Shown: in pieces, positions 13,402-26,714 of the stretch
How positions within the stretch are numbered: position 1 is the first letter of the stretch
How the letters are laid out: every line of letters begins with the position of its first letter
Source of the DNA: Felis catus
Lineage: Eukaryota
Length of the DNA: 64,000 bases
Direction of reading: 5' to 3'
Assembly: GCF_018350175.1 (NCBI RefSeq)
Contig: NC_058368.1
Span: 43,402,001 to 43,466,000 of the forward strand
The notes under the pieces: model-generated
Told to the model about the DNA's origin: nothing
What the model saw: only the letters and a program-made list of their open reading frames with translations
Databases searched by the model: none
Made by a program: the position numbers and the translations under genes

Positions 13402-13945
13402 TGAGGTTTCTGGATCAGAAGCAAATAATTATTTACCTACAAAATATTTTAGCACCAATTTTTCATACTACATTTTCCCCCAGAGGGTAACTGGCAGGAA
13501 TTAGATAAGCTCTGCATATAGAGAGTGGATCTGCTATATGGAAGGGAACCCCAGAATTATGAATCTTGGAGCCTATATTTGTACAACTACACCACCTCTC
13601 CTCAAGAGCAAAGTAGAAGGGGACATAGGAGAGGGAAGGACAGAAGGAGAGGGAGACTGAGTTTGAGAGAGATTGAGCCTTCAAGGGACCATGGACACTA
13701 TCTTTATAGAGTTAACAGAATCTCTCCAGGATGAGGAGGGGAATGTCCCTTATCCAATCATAGTCTGAGAGTAAATAAATGGCTCCAGGGAGAATAAACC
13801 TACAAATCTCTCTGGGTTCATTCATTATTTCTAATTTCCAGGACTTGTTTGCCATTCAGTCATCCTTTAAAGCCAGTGAAATTTTTGCTGTGAAAGCTCT
13901 GACCATTCAGAGAAATGGAAATATTCATGTTGTAGTATCCCAGCA
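13402..13945 (-). mobile_element. Probable solo LTR inserted in the old L1
   Basis: ~540 bp non-L1 segment with TG…CA ends that interrupts L1 sequence. No clear TSD. Confidence 0.4.
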
Positions 13946-15012
13946 GGTGTATCTATAGATTTGCTTTTGGGTTTTCCTTGTACACACTGTTTTATTTATT
14001 CTATTCCAGTTCTGTGATTTTAAAAGATTTTTCTTCCCTTATTTTACTGCTTTGAACCTCTAGTGCAGTATTTAATAGAAGGTATATCCTTTTGTCATTT
14101 ATCATTTTGGGAAAAAGTGTTCACTCTTTTACCATTAAGTATGATGTTTGTTGTGAGGTTTTTGCAGTTATTTTTCATGTGATTTTGTGAGTTACCTTAT
14201 ATTTCTCAATTGTTTAGGACTTGTATATCATAAATAGGTGTTAAATTTTGTTAGTCTTTTTCATCTGTTTAAATTCATTCCATTTTTTTCTGTAAATATG
14301 AAGACTTATATTGTTTATTAACATAGAATATTAAACTACACTTACTCTTGTATTTCTATAACAAATTCTCCTTGGTCAAAATATTTTATTTTGAATTAAT
14401 GAGCTTATATTTTGTTTAGGATATTTATGTGAATTTGGTGATAGAATCTGTAATTTTTTTTTCCTGTGACATTCTTGTCAATTTTTTTTTTTTAAGGCCA
14501 TGATGGATTCAGAAAAGTGTAGAATATTTCTTCTGTTACCAGTTTCTGGATGAGTTTGTGTAAGATTGATGTTACTCTTTCTTAGATAGTCAGAAGACTT
14601 TATTCCTCCCCACCCCACTCATGGGGTGGTTTCTGCTCTTTGATGATTTTCTTCTTTTGTTTTTCTGAGCATAATGCTGTCCTCCATTGCTAGCTTCTTG
14701 AGAGACAAATCATTACTTTTCAGTCTCTCCTCTAGATGTGTGCATTTAAGGTTTTACATTTCCCTTTTAGCTACATTTGTTCAAGTTTTGATATTTTGTA
14801 TTGTTATTAATGTTCAAAATATTTTCTAATAGTTTTTAACTCTGAGTGAATTCCACAGTGGTTGAACATTTTTTAGGTACTTGTCATTTTTACTAGTTTA
14901 ATTATACTCTGTGTGTAGAAAATAATTTAAGGTCTTACAAAATTTGCTGAAGCTGTATATCGTTATTGATTATTTGTATGCTCATATATCAGCACACAAG
15001 CCACAAATTTAT

Positions 15013-15014
<2 letters not shown>

Positions 15015-15049
<35 letters not shown>
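15015..15049. repeat. (TG)n microsatellite
   Basis: Direct observation. Confidence 0.98.
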
Positions 15050-15058
<9 letters not shown>

Positions 15059-15208
15059 TCACTTGTGGACAAGAGGTGATGATGATTTATTATCAGAAGA
15101 TATTGGCAGGAAGTACCAATAGCATTTCTGATTGTTACAGATACAGAAAAATCAAAAAGTGAGAACTGAAAATAAAGAAGAAAAATATTAGAAAAATATC
15201 ACTATTTA

Positions 15209-15392
15209 GGGGCACCTGGTGGCTCAGTTGGTTGAGTTTGTCCAACTCTTGATTTATGCTCAGGTCATGATTTTGTAGTTTGTGGGTTAGAGCCCTGCAT
15301 CAGTCTGCATTCAGACTGTCTCTGTCTCCCTTTCTGTGCCTCTCTGTTGCTCGTGCTTGCTGTCTCTCTCAAAAATAAAATAAAGATTAAAA
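15209..15392 (+). mobile_element. Can-SINE (diverged)
   Basis: Head ggggcacctggtggctcagttggttgag, CT-rich region, A-tail. Confidence 0.9.
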
Positions 15393-18300
15393 GAAGAGGA
15401 ATACTTATAAAAAACAAAGTATAGCTATTTAAAATAATACCAAAGCAGTATTTATGAAAAATGACTAAGCATCGTGTAACATAAAAGTAATGTCTATCAT
15501 TTAATAGGTTTTAGATTATCATTGTCGTAAATTTGTTGAAAATGGCAAATTATATGCTCAGTTGTTACTAGTTGTTTCTCACAAATGTTGGAATTTCATT
15601 CATGATTTAAATGTGATTATTATTTGTATAGTAGGATCAATTCAGTATAATACTTTATTGTCTTACAATTTAAAAATACATTTTAAAGTTAAAAATAATG
15701 CGATATGTGAATTATCTGTAAGAAATACAAACACTAAAATTTAATGTTATTAAAGGAAGTTCCAAGAAGTAAGCTTGCCTCATTGGTAGAGCTTCTGTTG
15801 ATAGTGTAAGATAGTACAAATATTTTTGAAACTCATTAGTACTGGGCCACTAATATTTTTGCAAATTAAAAATATCTTAAAGTTCCATAGTAGTTATCAC
15901 TTTACAAAAATGCTTTCATTCATATTGCCGGATTTTGCTTAAGCCTCACAATACTCCTCAGAGTCTGGCTGAGCTAGTTTTGAGGAACTGGTGAGTGCAG
16001 TATTTTCCTGTGGTTTCCCCACTAAAAAGTGATAGAGTGAGAATGTAGCTCCCATATTCTAAATAAGTAGATGCTTCAGTTTGCTACTTCTGTTGACTGC
16101 TGAACTGATAGTCTGTTCACTGACATTTAAGTTCATATGCATTCATTTCATGAATATTTATTAAATGCCTACTCTAAGCATAAACAAATTTTGGATATTA
16201 GTTACTGATCATTATAGTATATAATTTTATGAACGCTTAGGTTATTTGCATTTTAATAACCGGCAATTATTTCCATTTCACTAATTCTGATCATTGTTAT
16301 ATTTTCACGTTAGTTTTAACTCAAACCCATTGGATGCTGCTAACCCATTTTCACTGCGGGAATGATTAATAAATTACTCATGCAGTTTTTTCCTTGATAG
16401 GATATGTAAAATAATATGTAATTGTCTCCATGGATGCCTACACATTTATTTTATCTAAAATCTGGAGCTTGAAATGAGAAGAGTGAATTTTTTTTACTAG
16501 CCTTTCATCCTTTGGAATGAATGATATGAGGTAGTTTTTTCTTGGGAAATCCTCAATTAAAGAGGAACACATGGCAGCATGGTTAGATGTAAGAAAGGGA
16601 AAGAGGAGGACTAGACTCTTCAGGACGTTCTGGCCTTTAAGTAAAATTTAAGTGAGAAAAAAGGTCACAGGTTTTCCTACCTTTAGGAAAAAGTGTGTAG
16701 GATGAAAAGTTCGTAGCTGATAGGAAGGAAGAGGGCAAATTTTCCTTAAATAATATCCTATATTGAGTATTTATGGTATTAGGATTATGTTGTAACAATC
16801 CTAAAATCAAGACCAGTAGTTTCCGATCTGGCTCCACATTAAAATCTGAGAGACTTTATTAAAAATATTAATGTCTGACCCCACCACATGCCAGTTGAAA
16901 CTAATTTCTTGTTCATCTGTGATTTTTAGTAGTTTTCCCATGACTAAAACCACTGCACTATGCAATATGTACCAGATTTAAATATCTCTTTACTCCTATC
17001 TAACAGAAGTAAAATCTAACAATCCTGTGCATGTGCAACTCCACCACTAGTGGAAACCGTGCAAAGTAAACGGCCTTTTATTTTGAACTCTGTGTATGTG
17101 TGGATAATATACACATTGAGCAGTTCTGTACAGTGGCATATAAACGTTTATGGTCTTTTAAGACCAAAGCACATTGGTGACTTTAAAGAAGGTTATTACT
17201 GTTGTAACACAAATGTCAAGGCACTTTTATACTTATTAGACACAAAACAATGAAGCCATTTCTGTGTATTTTAGAAAATTCAGTTTCTGTTGTGAATTTT
17301 TCTTAGATAATTTTAAAAAGCAAAGAAAGGGTACTTCTCTCTTGGAAAGAGACTCATTTATTCTATAACTAAATGTCAGAGCAAAGCATCTAATGGTTTT
17401 GAATGGACCTAAATTGTTCTTCAAATTAAATACGTGCATGAAACAGTTTTTCTCATATATAAAATTTGAGAAGTTTTCTTTATTTCTCATATACAGTGCT
17501 ACCTGTTTAAATACTTAAAAAGTCAAAATGTAAGAAAAACAATTTAATGAAGCAAGCTAGCAAGATATTCAGAAATTTACTGTGTTCTCTGCAACCAAGT
17601 GTATAAGAGACAATTGAATTTTCTTATATAAATGGTAAACCAAAAGAGAAATCAGGGAGTTTTTTTTTTTCTTACTATGAGCTATAATTTAAAACAGCAA
17701 GGGCCTTTTGATAGAACTTCTTAATCTAAAACTACCCAAAAAGAATGAGATAAAGATTTCCGTCAACCCATTGATGCTGTGTGACTTTGTCCCAGTAGTC
17801 TTTGAGAGATTTTGTAAAGAGCTACAGCTTTCTTGCCTAGCAGCAGGATTTTCTAAACCTGCATCATTTCCTATTTAGGCTTTGAAAGATATTGTTTCAG
17901 TGTACTGTGGGATCAGACAATTTTAGGAGATTAGATAACTTAGAGTCTAAAATAGGACAATAAAGCACTCTTTTTAGTCCTAAAAAATATTTAGTTACAA
18001 TATAAAAATTAAAAGTCTTTATGAAACAGTTATAAAACTGTCACCATTTTCATTTATATCCTGATGTACTGTTAAGAAAAGCTCATTTTATTATGAATAT
18101 TTCCATCAAAAATATTTCTCTGAAATTCTTTATGAAAGTTCAGATTCATTGAACTATGAAACTGAAGAATAAATTTGAATGATGTTTAATTCATGAATTC
18201 ACTTGTATTGCATGTATTACTACTTTCCTTTAATTTTCATTTTTTGTTAAAATGTATTTTTATACTTCTCAGGTAAATTTTATAAAAGCATTATGTGCAG

Positions 18301-18859
18301 AAATGACACAGTAAGCTAAATTATTTTTTAAAGATTTTTAACCAATTCTCACTTACAATAAATTAAATCAGAGTCACCTTTGCCTCTATCTTCCCCATCT
18401 ACTATTTTCTACCAAATCAAAAGTAACGTTTTTTTTCCTTGGTTTCTATTTACTGAGAGTTTCTGTGTGTTGAGTGCACTGACAGGGACAGTGTGTGGTG
18501 ATGTTTTATGGAAAGGTCCAGGTCATTACCTAGTGGGAAAGGCAACCATTTCAGGTCAGGATCTGGTTATCAAGGTACATTGATGCTGAATGTGAAATTT
18601 CTTATTGATCAGAATCTAAGAAAAAAAAGGATCTCTATAGCATGAGAGAGAACGTCAAAAATTTCTGTGTTACCTTCATAATAGATTTTTTAAATCTCCA
18701 TTCTTTAAATTCCAGAATTTGCCCCCAACCTCAGTGTTTCTGCCTGTTCCAGTCAATACTTGGGATGTCCTAGACTATGGCTAAGGTAAAGAATGATTAG
18801 AAGAAAAAAGGGTCTGTTTTCAAATTTTGGATTTCAAAAAAGATTTTCATAGTTGGGAC

Positions 18860-19575
18860 AAACTTCCAGTCTGGCAAAGTGAGGAGCTCAGCAAAACCTC
18901 TCCCTAGTAACCCACTTTAAAATTGGACAGAATAGCCAATAACAACAATTCCAGAGCTCTGGAAGTTGATCAAAAATTTACAACAATTGAGACATGTTAG
19001 TCTTGAAAGTCTACAAAAATAATTGAACAGTGAGAGCCTGTGGTATTCTTGCCCAAATACCCTCCCTCCAGAGTTTGATGGTACAGGCCAGAAAAACTAG
19101 CAGGCTTGTTGCTATATAGAGTTTGCTTGTTTTGGATTGGAGAAGAAAGTACACCTGCCTGATCAGTAAGAATAGCAATCTCAGTAGCTGATGAACATGA
19201 ATGACAAGGGACTCAACTAGCTTTAGGTTGTAATTTTTATAGGGAAACTTAACAGTGAGGTCTCAGAAATTAGAAATCTATACAGGGCTATGAGAAGCTC
19301 TTCATTCATCCCTGGCGTTCTGAGAAGCTGAATCAATATGTAGTGAAGTTGTAAAAGAATCATGTAGAAATTAAAAACTAGGAAGACTTGAAAATGGCCG
19401 GAATATGATTGTGCACTGCAACCCATACACAGGTCCCTTGGAGTGATGGAAATGTTCTACTTTTGGATTGTGGTATTTATTGTACAAATCCAAAAATTTA
19501 CTAAAAGTCATTGAATTAATTACATACTTAACAATAGGGAATTTTATGGTATGTAAATAATACTTAAATAAAGCA
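18860..19575 (+). mobile_element. Old L1 (L1MC/MD-like): 5'-end-like segment followed by a 3' end
   Basis: 3' end motif ggagtgatggaaatgttcta…aattttatggtatgtaaataatacttaaataaagc (~19440-19575). 5'-like acttccagtctggcaaagtgaggagctc…ccagagctctggaa. Confidence 0.6.
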
Positions 19576-22500
19576 TGTGGGAAAGGATACTCAAAACATT
19601 GTGTTTTGCAATTAATTTTCAGGGACAATAATTTGGCATAAAACTATCCTGGGCATCACAAACTTGTCTTTTGATGTTTTGAGGTATTCATAGGCCAAGA
19701 TAGGGAAGGAGAGTCACAGATGCAAGGGAGCTAGACCTGTTGGGAAATTCTTGAGATGAGACTTATCCTATTAATTTCAAGGAGAGCTAGCAGGTTGTGA
19801 ATAGGTGGTGGGGTGGAGTGAAAAGAATGAGAGAAAAAAAAATCTTAAAGAACTTGTTTTTTTCCTGGCTCAGAAAACTTAATAAAGCAAACAAGTAAAT
19901 CCCCTATGTTTCCTTGGAACAACCTGGTGATAAAGCAGACATGTAAAAATGGATATGCGGTATCATTTACAAGAGAGGCCTGAAGCAGATTTTGAAAGTC
20001 CTCACAAACTTTAAGACTACATGTGCTGCACATAAGCAATTGCCAATAAGGCCATGGATGCCAGGATGGCTAGATGCCGTAAAAGGAACCAGCAGAAATG
20101 AGTTGTTAACAGCAAATGCTATCAAATATGCCAGCGTGAACAGTGGATTATAAAGAACTCTGGGTTTCTCCCCAGGACTTGGCTGTGAGTAATCCTCCCC
20201 AGAACTTAACAGCAACTCTTAAAAACTAGGGCAAATCCTGAATAAAGTTCAATGATGGACATTAATTCTAAATTGAATAATTTTAGTTTCCTATAATGAA
20301 ATAAACACTGAGGTGAAAAATAAGTTCAGAAGTATGAAAATAAAAAGTTAAATATCTTACACACCTAATTTTAAGGCCAGAGATTCATACCTTCCATATA
20401 TTAAAATAAAAATAGGACACCTTTCAAGGACACAAGTGTAGCAAAACTATACAGTGAGTTAAAAATATTTTATGACTCTGTCATCTCAGATTACATAAAA
20501 AATTGCTAATTGTCATCATCTTATTCATTTTCATTATCAGGAAATACTTATTAAAATCTTCCTTTCAAATAGATGTATCAAATGTAAAATGTATAAAATT
20601 AAACTATTTTTTATATTCAGGATTTTGAAACAACACCAAAGTGTAAGTTAGACAAACTAGTTTCCAGTTCACATTCTACTACTAATTATGTTGAAAAAAA
20701 TAATTTAATATCTCTGGGCCAATGGTTTCTTATTTTTATAAATGAGACAAGATAATCTAAGCTTTTTTCAGTAATGGGATTTTATGACCATAATATAGGC
20801 TATATGCTGCTTCACATACTTTGTGCAGCAAGATTGGAGATTTAATTAATTAGTCAATTAATTAAATCAGTCAATATTGTCAAAGAGATAACTGAAGTGA
20901 CACTGACAAATACATAGCTTAAATAGAATGAATTGTTATTTATATTAAATTTATTATATGAATTAAAATTTATTAAAGATATTAAGAGACAAGGACATTT
21001 TTTGACATGATTCATAATAGTTTAGTCAGGGGATGAGATTTTGAAGGCAAGATAAACCAACTATTTTTCCGAATGAAAATCCATGGCCAATAATGTTGTC
21101 AATATTTCAGCTCTTTTTAAAAAATATTTACATTCTCCGTGAATAGTAAAAAATAATATATATTTAGATTGATATAACCTGGGTAAATAATTTTTGAAAA
21201 TACACAAACTGTTTTCCAAGTAGGTCCAAATAAATATGTTCATCAATTGCCAGTGAAACAAGGGGGTACTGACAGAGGTTACAAATGTGGGCAGAGGCTA
21301 TTAAGGCCACAAATGTCTTTACTATGTTCCAAACAATGCAGCACAAATGAAGTAAATCTAATGAGGAGACAATTGGATTACTAGGAGAAAGCTTCTGAAA
21401 ACCTTGTGATTAAGTCAGGTAAAAATAATAAAGTGTTACCCTTGTACTTGCTGAGACACGAAAAGGCAATTATGCAAAAAGACACTTAAAAGCTGTACTA
21501 CTAAGAATGTGGTCCTAATCTTTCTTAATACCCCTTCCTTTCAAGTACCACTTTCCCAATATTTCTTCCTTTTAAATTCTATTCAAAAATATCCCTCGTG
21601 TCCAGTATCATGTAGCATTTAGTGAATCTATTTTTCTGTCTAGTGTCAAACTTAAATAATACTCCTTTCACTACTTTAAATCTCTTGCATGTTTCTTCCT
21701 TATAATTATCCTAAAATTTTCACATAGGCTTTCACCATTCTTTCCCATACATGTAGAGGACTTTAAGAACACAGATAAAATGACTTTTCTTTATTTTAAA
21801 TTCAATATTCTTGTGGAATTTTAGATAGTCATAAATAAGGGCCTTTGAGGATTCTTTTATGTCTCACATCTAATTCGTCTCTAATATCCATCATCTATCG
21901 TCAGGTCTAACATAAAATACATAGTACCTTAGTATTTAATTCTTCCCAGAATAAAAGTAATTAAGTGCACATTACCATAGATGGTAACTGAGAAGCCAAA
22001 AGAATTGACTGAAATAGAAATATATAGGTGACTATCTGAGGTCCCCTTAAATGGTAATATTTAAGACCATGCATAGTCCACTAATTTAAGAAGCTAACAC
22101 AATGCATAAATCTGGCTGGAAGGAAACATGCTCATAAAGGAGAATCAATTTGCACAGGGAGGTATATCATGTTTGTAAACATGAGAGCTCTATATCTAGT
22201 AGTGTATGTTATTATTTTTGATGTCATCAGCTCAATAGTTCATTTTTACATTTCATTAGAATGTTGAATAATTTTCTTGCAATAAATTAACAAATACTTT
22301 GTTTTGTATATTCTGTCTATCTAAATTTTGATAGGTGGTTTTCATTAACTTTGCCCTTGAATCTTGCCTAGTTGGTCATTTCACTCCATTTTGAATCTCT
22401 TTTTCCCTCATTTAGCAAAGAACATCTATCTGGTTTAATAATTAGTTTTAAATATAACTTTTCCAAAAAAAGTAAAAAGTAATAATATAGTGTAATTAGG

Positions 22501-22789
22501 AGAAATATATTATTATTTATTAAACTGCAGTATTATATAGTTTTACTGAAACTTTCAAAAAACAACATCCTACAAATCGAGTATAAAATCTGTCTTATAT
22601 GTGACAAGTAATGGGCGCCTTATTTTTAGGAGACTCATTCAAGAGTCCAGTTTATTTCAGTGAAATGTTTTGTGGTGTAGTTATTTTAGTTAGTTTCAAT
22701 TAACATTGATAAATAGGGAAAAAAGAATATTCCACTCCTAGTTTAGGTTTTTGTAAAAAAAAAAAAAAAACGTATAACGATGATTGGGG

Positions 22790-23010
22790 GCACAGACTGT
22801 GGAGTTAAATTACACAGTTTGAATCTGGCAAAATCAGTTCCTAGCATTGTGACATCAGGGAAATAACCCAAAGTTTCTGTGCTGTAATGTTTACCTCCTT
22901 AAAATGGATTTAATATTTGAAATGACCTGATACTGTCATTGAACTAAGATGGTATATAAAATACCTTGAAGGGCCTGGTGCATAGAAAATACTGTAAGAT
23001 GTTTGGTATT
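22790..23010 (+). mobile_element. MIR
   Basis: MIR-like cagactgtggagttaa…tttgaatctggc…tgtgacatcagggaaataacccaaagtttctgtgc…taaaatgg. Confidence 0.6.
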
Positions 23011-23455
23011 ATTCTACCTACTTCAAATTTATGCTATTAAAAATATGTTTTCAAAAAAAATGAAGAAAAATTTGAGAATTTGAAAAACATAAAAGTGAAA
23101 GAAAAAAATCAGCAAACATGAGGTCATTTTCAAACTGAAGAAGTATACAAATGTTAGAAAAGTGAAATGGAGAAGAACACATAGCAGGCTACTCTTAGAA
23201 ACAGAGAAGGATAACCAGGATAAAAGTAAATGAGAAAGGAGAGTAAGGCAAAGGACAGCTACCTGAAGGAAATCAGAGGTCTGGCTTATATAAGCTGGAG
23301 AAGTGTAAGAGGATTCAAGGAAGCAAAATGATAGGTCCAAGAGAAATATGCACATAGTGAAAGAGAGGCGAGTAAAGTAAGAAGGAAACAAGTGTCACCA
23401 TTTTTTTTCTATTCAAATTATACTGGAAAAGAAAGAAAAAGCAACTTCTTAAGAA

Positions 23456-23460
<5 letters not shown>

Positions 23461-23487
<27 letters not shown>
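23461..23487. repeat. (TG)n microsatellite
   Basis: Direct observation. Confidence 0.98.
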
Positions 23488-23491
<4 letters not shown>

Positions 23492-24339
23492 GCGTGTGTG
23501 TATATTTACATATATAAAAGAGTGAACATATTTAAATGCTTAAATATAAACTCAAAAACTATGAATGAAGAAAAGAGAAAAAAACATTTTAAACAAAATA
23601 GACAAGGCTACATAGACTGATGAAATAAAAAAAAACCCAAAAACATAAAAAAATAGACCCTCCCCCCAAAAAAGATTAAAAGGATGAAGGAAATATAAAA
23701 TAAAAAGGAGTTAGTAAGAGAATAGACCAGGAAGGACTTGGAACATAAAATTTTTCTACTTTGGATTTAGAAGATATTATTATAAAAATTTTTCCTGTTA
23801 TATTTTAAAGTATTTCCATTTTAGCTTTTTCCCCCCAATTTAAAAATCTCTTCTCTTTCTGTCTCTTTCTTTCTTATATTGTGTTTACATTCCAGGGGCT
23901 ATTTTTTAAAGTTATTTTTACACAAAATGACAACAATTTATTTCAAATAGATGGCAGTAGTGTTTTTAAGATAAAATAGATAACATCAGAAAAAAACATA
24001 AGTAAGCTAATCAAAATGTTGAGGAGTTCTTTTGCTGATCATAGTTCAATTTATATTAAAAACTACTTCTGCTTTCTTCAAAAAAAGAAAATAAAAAGTC
24101 TTTTGATTATTTTTTTAGCTGAATTTTCAAAACCAAACAGAGGATAGGAAGCAGAGGATAGAAATATTTATCCTGACTTTATTACCATTCTGGCATCTCT
24201 AGGCCTATAATTTACCTTTTTGTTACCCTTACAAAAACTTAAAAATCACACCATCAGAACCCAAAGCAGCATACTTTCATGTGCCTATTTTAAACCAAAC
24301 AAATAAGAAGTGCCATTAGCTTATTTAGCTGGTCCAGAT

Positions 24340-24853
24340 ATACTCACTACTTGGAAGATAAGCCTGAGAATAAACTTCAAACTCCTAATTATAACCTTTA
24401 AAGTTTTGCATCATCTGACTTCCGCTGATTTCTGCAACCTTATTTTATAGTACTCTTTTCTTTCCTCACTATGCCTTTTTTCCATTCCTCAAACAAGCCA
24501 AACCTGTCATTATTTATAGGTCCTTACACTATTTTCCCTTCCATGTAGAATATTTTTCTCACTGGGTTCCAGTGGCTGATTTATTCATATTCTATAGGAT
24601 TTCTCTCAAATGTCACAAGTGACCATTGTCTTTAAAGTGGTTTTACCTGTATCTTTGTTAATCACATTTTTAAATTTCTCTTTATTGGATTATTTGTAGT
24701 CTATAATCACTATTTTTATAAAAGTTTTATCTTGCCAAATAGATTATAATCAAATGATGGGGACTTAGTTTATTCTGCTGTTTTATCCACAGCATCTACT
24801 ACAATGTTACAGAGTGGAACTCAACAAATATTTTATTGAATGGGAGTGAGTGA
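24340..24853 (+). mobile_element. L2 3' end
   Basis: Ends with the L2 terminus actcaacaaatattttattgaatgggagtgagtga. Internal tccattcctcaaacaagccaa and ctcaaatgtcac motifs. Confidence 0.75.
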
Positions 24854-25020
24854 TTAATTGATAGATAACCAGTAAGTCATTTTCTCCTACTTTGGAAGAG
24901 TAGGAGCACATATTCTCTGCGAGAATAATGTCTGGAGAAGCCGTATTCTTGGAACATAGAAAGAAGTTTGGTAGTGGCAGCACATTTCTTTTATACTTCA
25001 ATATGATGTTTAAAATAACA

Positions 25021-25460
25021 TTTTTCATTGCCATCTAGTACTCCATTGTGTATATAAACCACAATTTTTTTATCCATTCATCAGTTGATGGAAGAATGAA
25101 ATATGGCCCTTTGTAGCAACATGGATGGAACTGGAGAGTGTGATGCTAAGTGAAATAAACCATACAGAGAAAGACAGATACCATATGTGTTCACTCTTAG
25201 GTGGATCCTGAGAAACTTAACAGAAACCCATAGGGGAGGGGAAGGAAAAAAAATGAGGTTAGAGTGGAAGAGAGCCAAAGCATAAGAGACTCTTAAAAAC
25301 TGAGAACAAACTGAGGGTTGGTGGGGGGTGGGAGGGAGGGGAGGGCAGGTGATGGGTATTGAGGAGGGCACCTTTTGGGATGAGCACTGGGTGTTGTATG
25401 GAAACCAATTTGACAATAAACTTCATATATTGAAAAAATAAATAAATAAAAATAAATAAA
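25021..25460 (+). mobile_element. Young felid L1 3' end with 5' inversion
   Basis: ORF2 C-terminus (gcaacatggatggaactggagagtgtgatgctaagtgaaata), G-rich 3' UTR, aataaa and (TAAA)n tail. Segment ~25021-25092 is inverted. TSD taaaataacattttt at 25011-25025 and 25461-25475. Confidence 0.93.
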
Positions 25461-26384
25461 TAAAATAACATTTTTTAACATGCCATACATAAATACATTC
25501 TTTATCTAAAGCTTCAAATAATTAATGTTTATAGACTAAGTTCTTATTCACCCTCTATTTTGTCCTCATTTGTAAAAGCCATATTTAACAAGTTGTGTGC
25601 ATTGTTTCCATTCACTTACTAGTTTCATACATAAATACATACATATACTGAGCATATATTTTCAACATAATATAAAGCATGATAAATACATGGTAATTAA
25701 TAACAGACAATAAGCATGTGCCTTTTTTTTATTAATGACTGAGTAGAGATCCATATTTGAATTCATAATATTTTAAAGACTCCATCATTAACTGACTTAT
25801 GATTATTGTGTTGTATGTCCTGCTTTTTTTTCTATTAATAAAAAAAATGCTTTTTGGCTCATTACTATAAGCGTTTAGGCATAGGCATATATTTGTTGTT
25901 GTTGTGTTGGTTTGTTTTTGCTAGATTTCTATAAGAATGATTGTTCACTTAAAGCTTTTTGAATATGCTTCATTATTTTCAGTTCAGCAAGAGATGTCTG
26001 AGAAGACCTATTTCCCAGAAATTCTGTCACAACATTATGTGATCTATCCTATGACATTGGTAATCTGATAGGGAAGATATAACTCATTTTTGGGTTTTTT
26101 TGTACATCTCTAGTTATCATTCACTATATATTGGCCTAGATGGCCATATTTTTTTCCTTTAGGATTTTATTATTAAGCATTTTGCTCAGGTTTTTTTTTT
26201 TTATGGTTTATTTTAGTTAGGGGAGCCTCTCAGTGTTTTGGATAATAATAATGGATAGATAATAATTCATTGTGATTGTGCCTTTTATGGGTCAGTGGTT
26301 TTATGTTTTGTGAAGTTAACCTTTTTAATTAATGAGATTACTATTTTAAGAGCACATAATGATAATTTCTGTCCATGCTCTTCC

Positions 26385-26497
26385 TTCTTTCCTCCCTTCC
26401 TTCCTTCTTTCCTCTTTCCTGCTTGGCTGCCTACCTGCTTTCTGCCTTTTTTCCATTTCTTTTCTTTTCTTTCTTTCTCTCTTCCTTCCTTTCTTTC

Positions 26498-26550
<53 letters not shown>

Positions 26551-26712
26551 TTTTCTTCCTTTCCTCTTCCTACTGAGATATAATTGACATATGACATTGT
26601 GTAAGTTTAAGATACACAGTGTATTGATTTGATATATTCATATATTGTAATATGATTAACAGCTATGGTAGAGTTAGCTAATACCTCTATCAAGTTATTA
26701 ATTATCATTTCT
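26385..26712 (-). mobile_element. L1 3' terminal fragment with degenerate (TTTC)n tail
   Basis: tactgagatataattgacatatgacattgtgtaagtttaag is an antisense L1MA/carnivore-type terminus. Pyrimidine repeat 26385-26570 lies where the poly(A) tail is expected. Confidence 0.8.
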
Positions 26713-26714
26713 TG

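Larger units (their letters stand above)
12790..14930 (-). mobile_element. Old L1 (L1M-type) ORF2 remnants, interrupted
   Basis: Minus-strand peptide ILKFTWKFRGP (ORF 12789-12974) resembles L1 ORF2. Antisense L1 motifs such as ttttaccattaagtatgatgtttgttgtgaggttttt. Confidence 0.75.

Noticed and set aside
25315..25346. G-quadruplex-like G-run cluster
   Set aside because: Standard polypurine tract of the L1 3' UTR.
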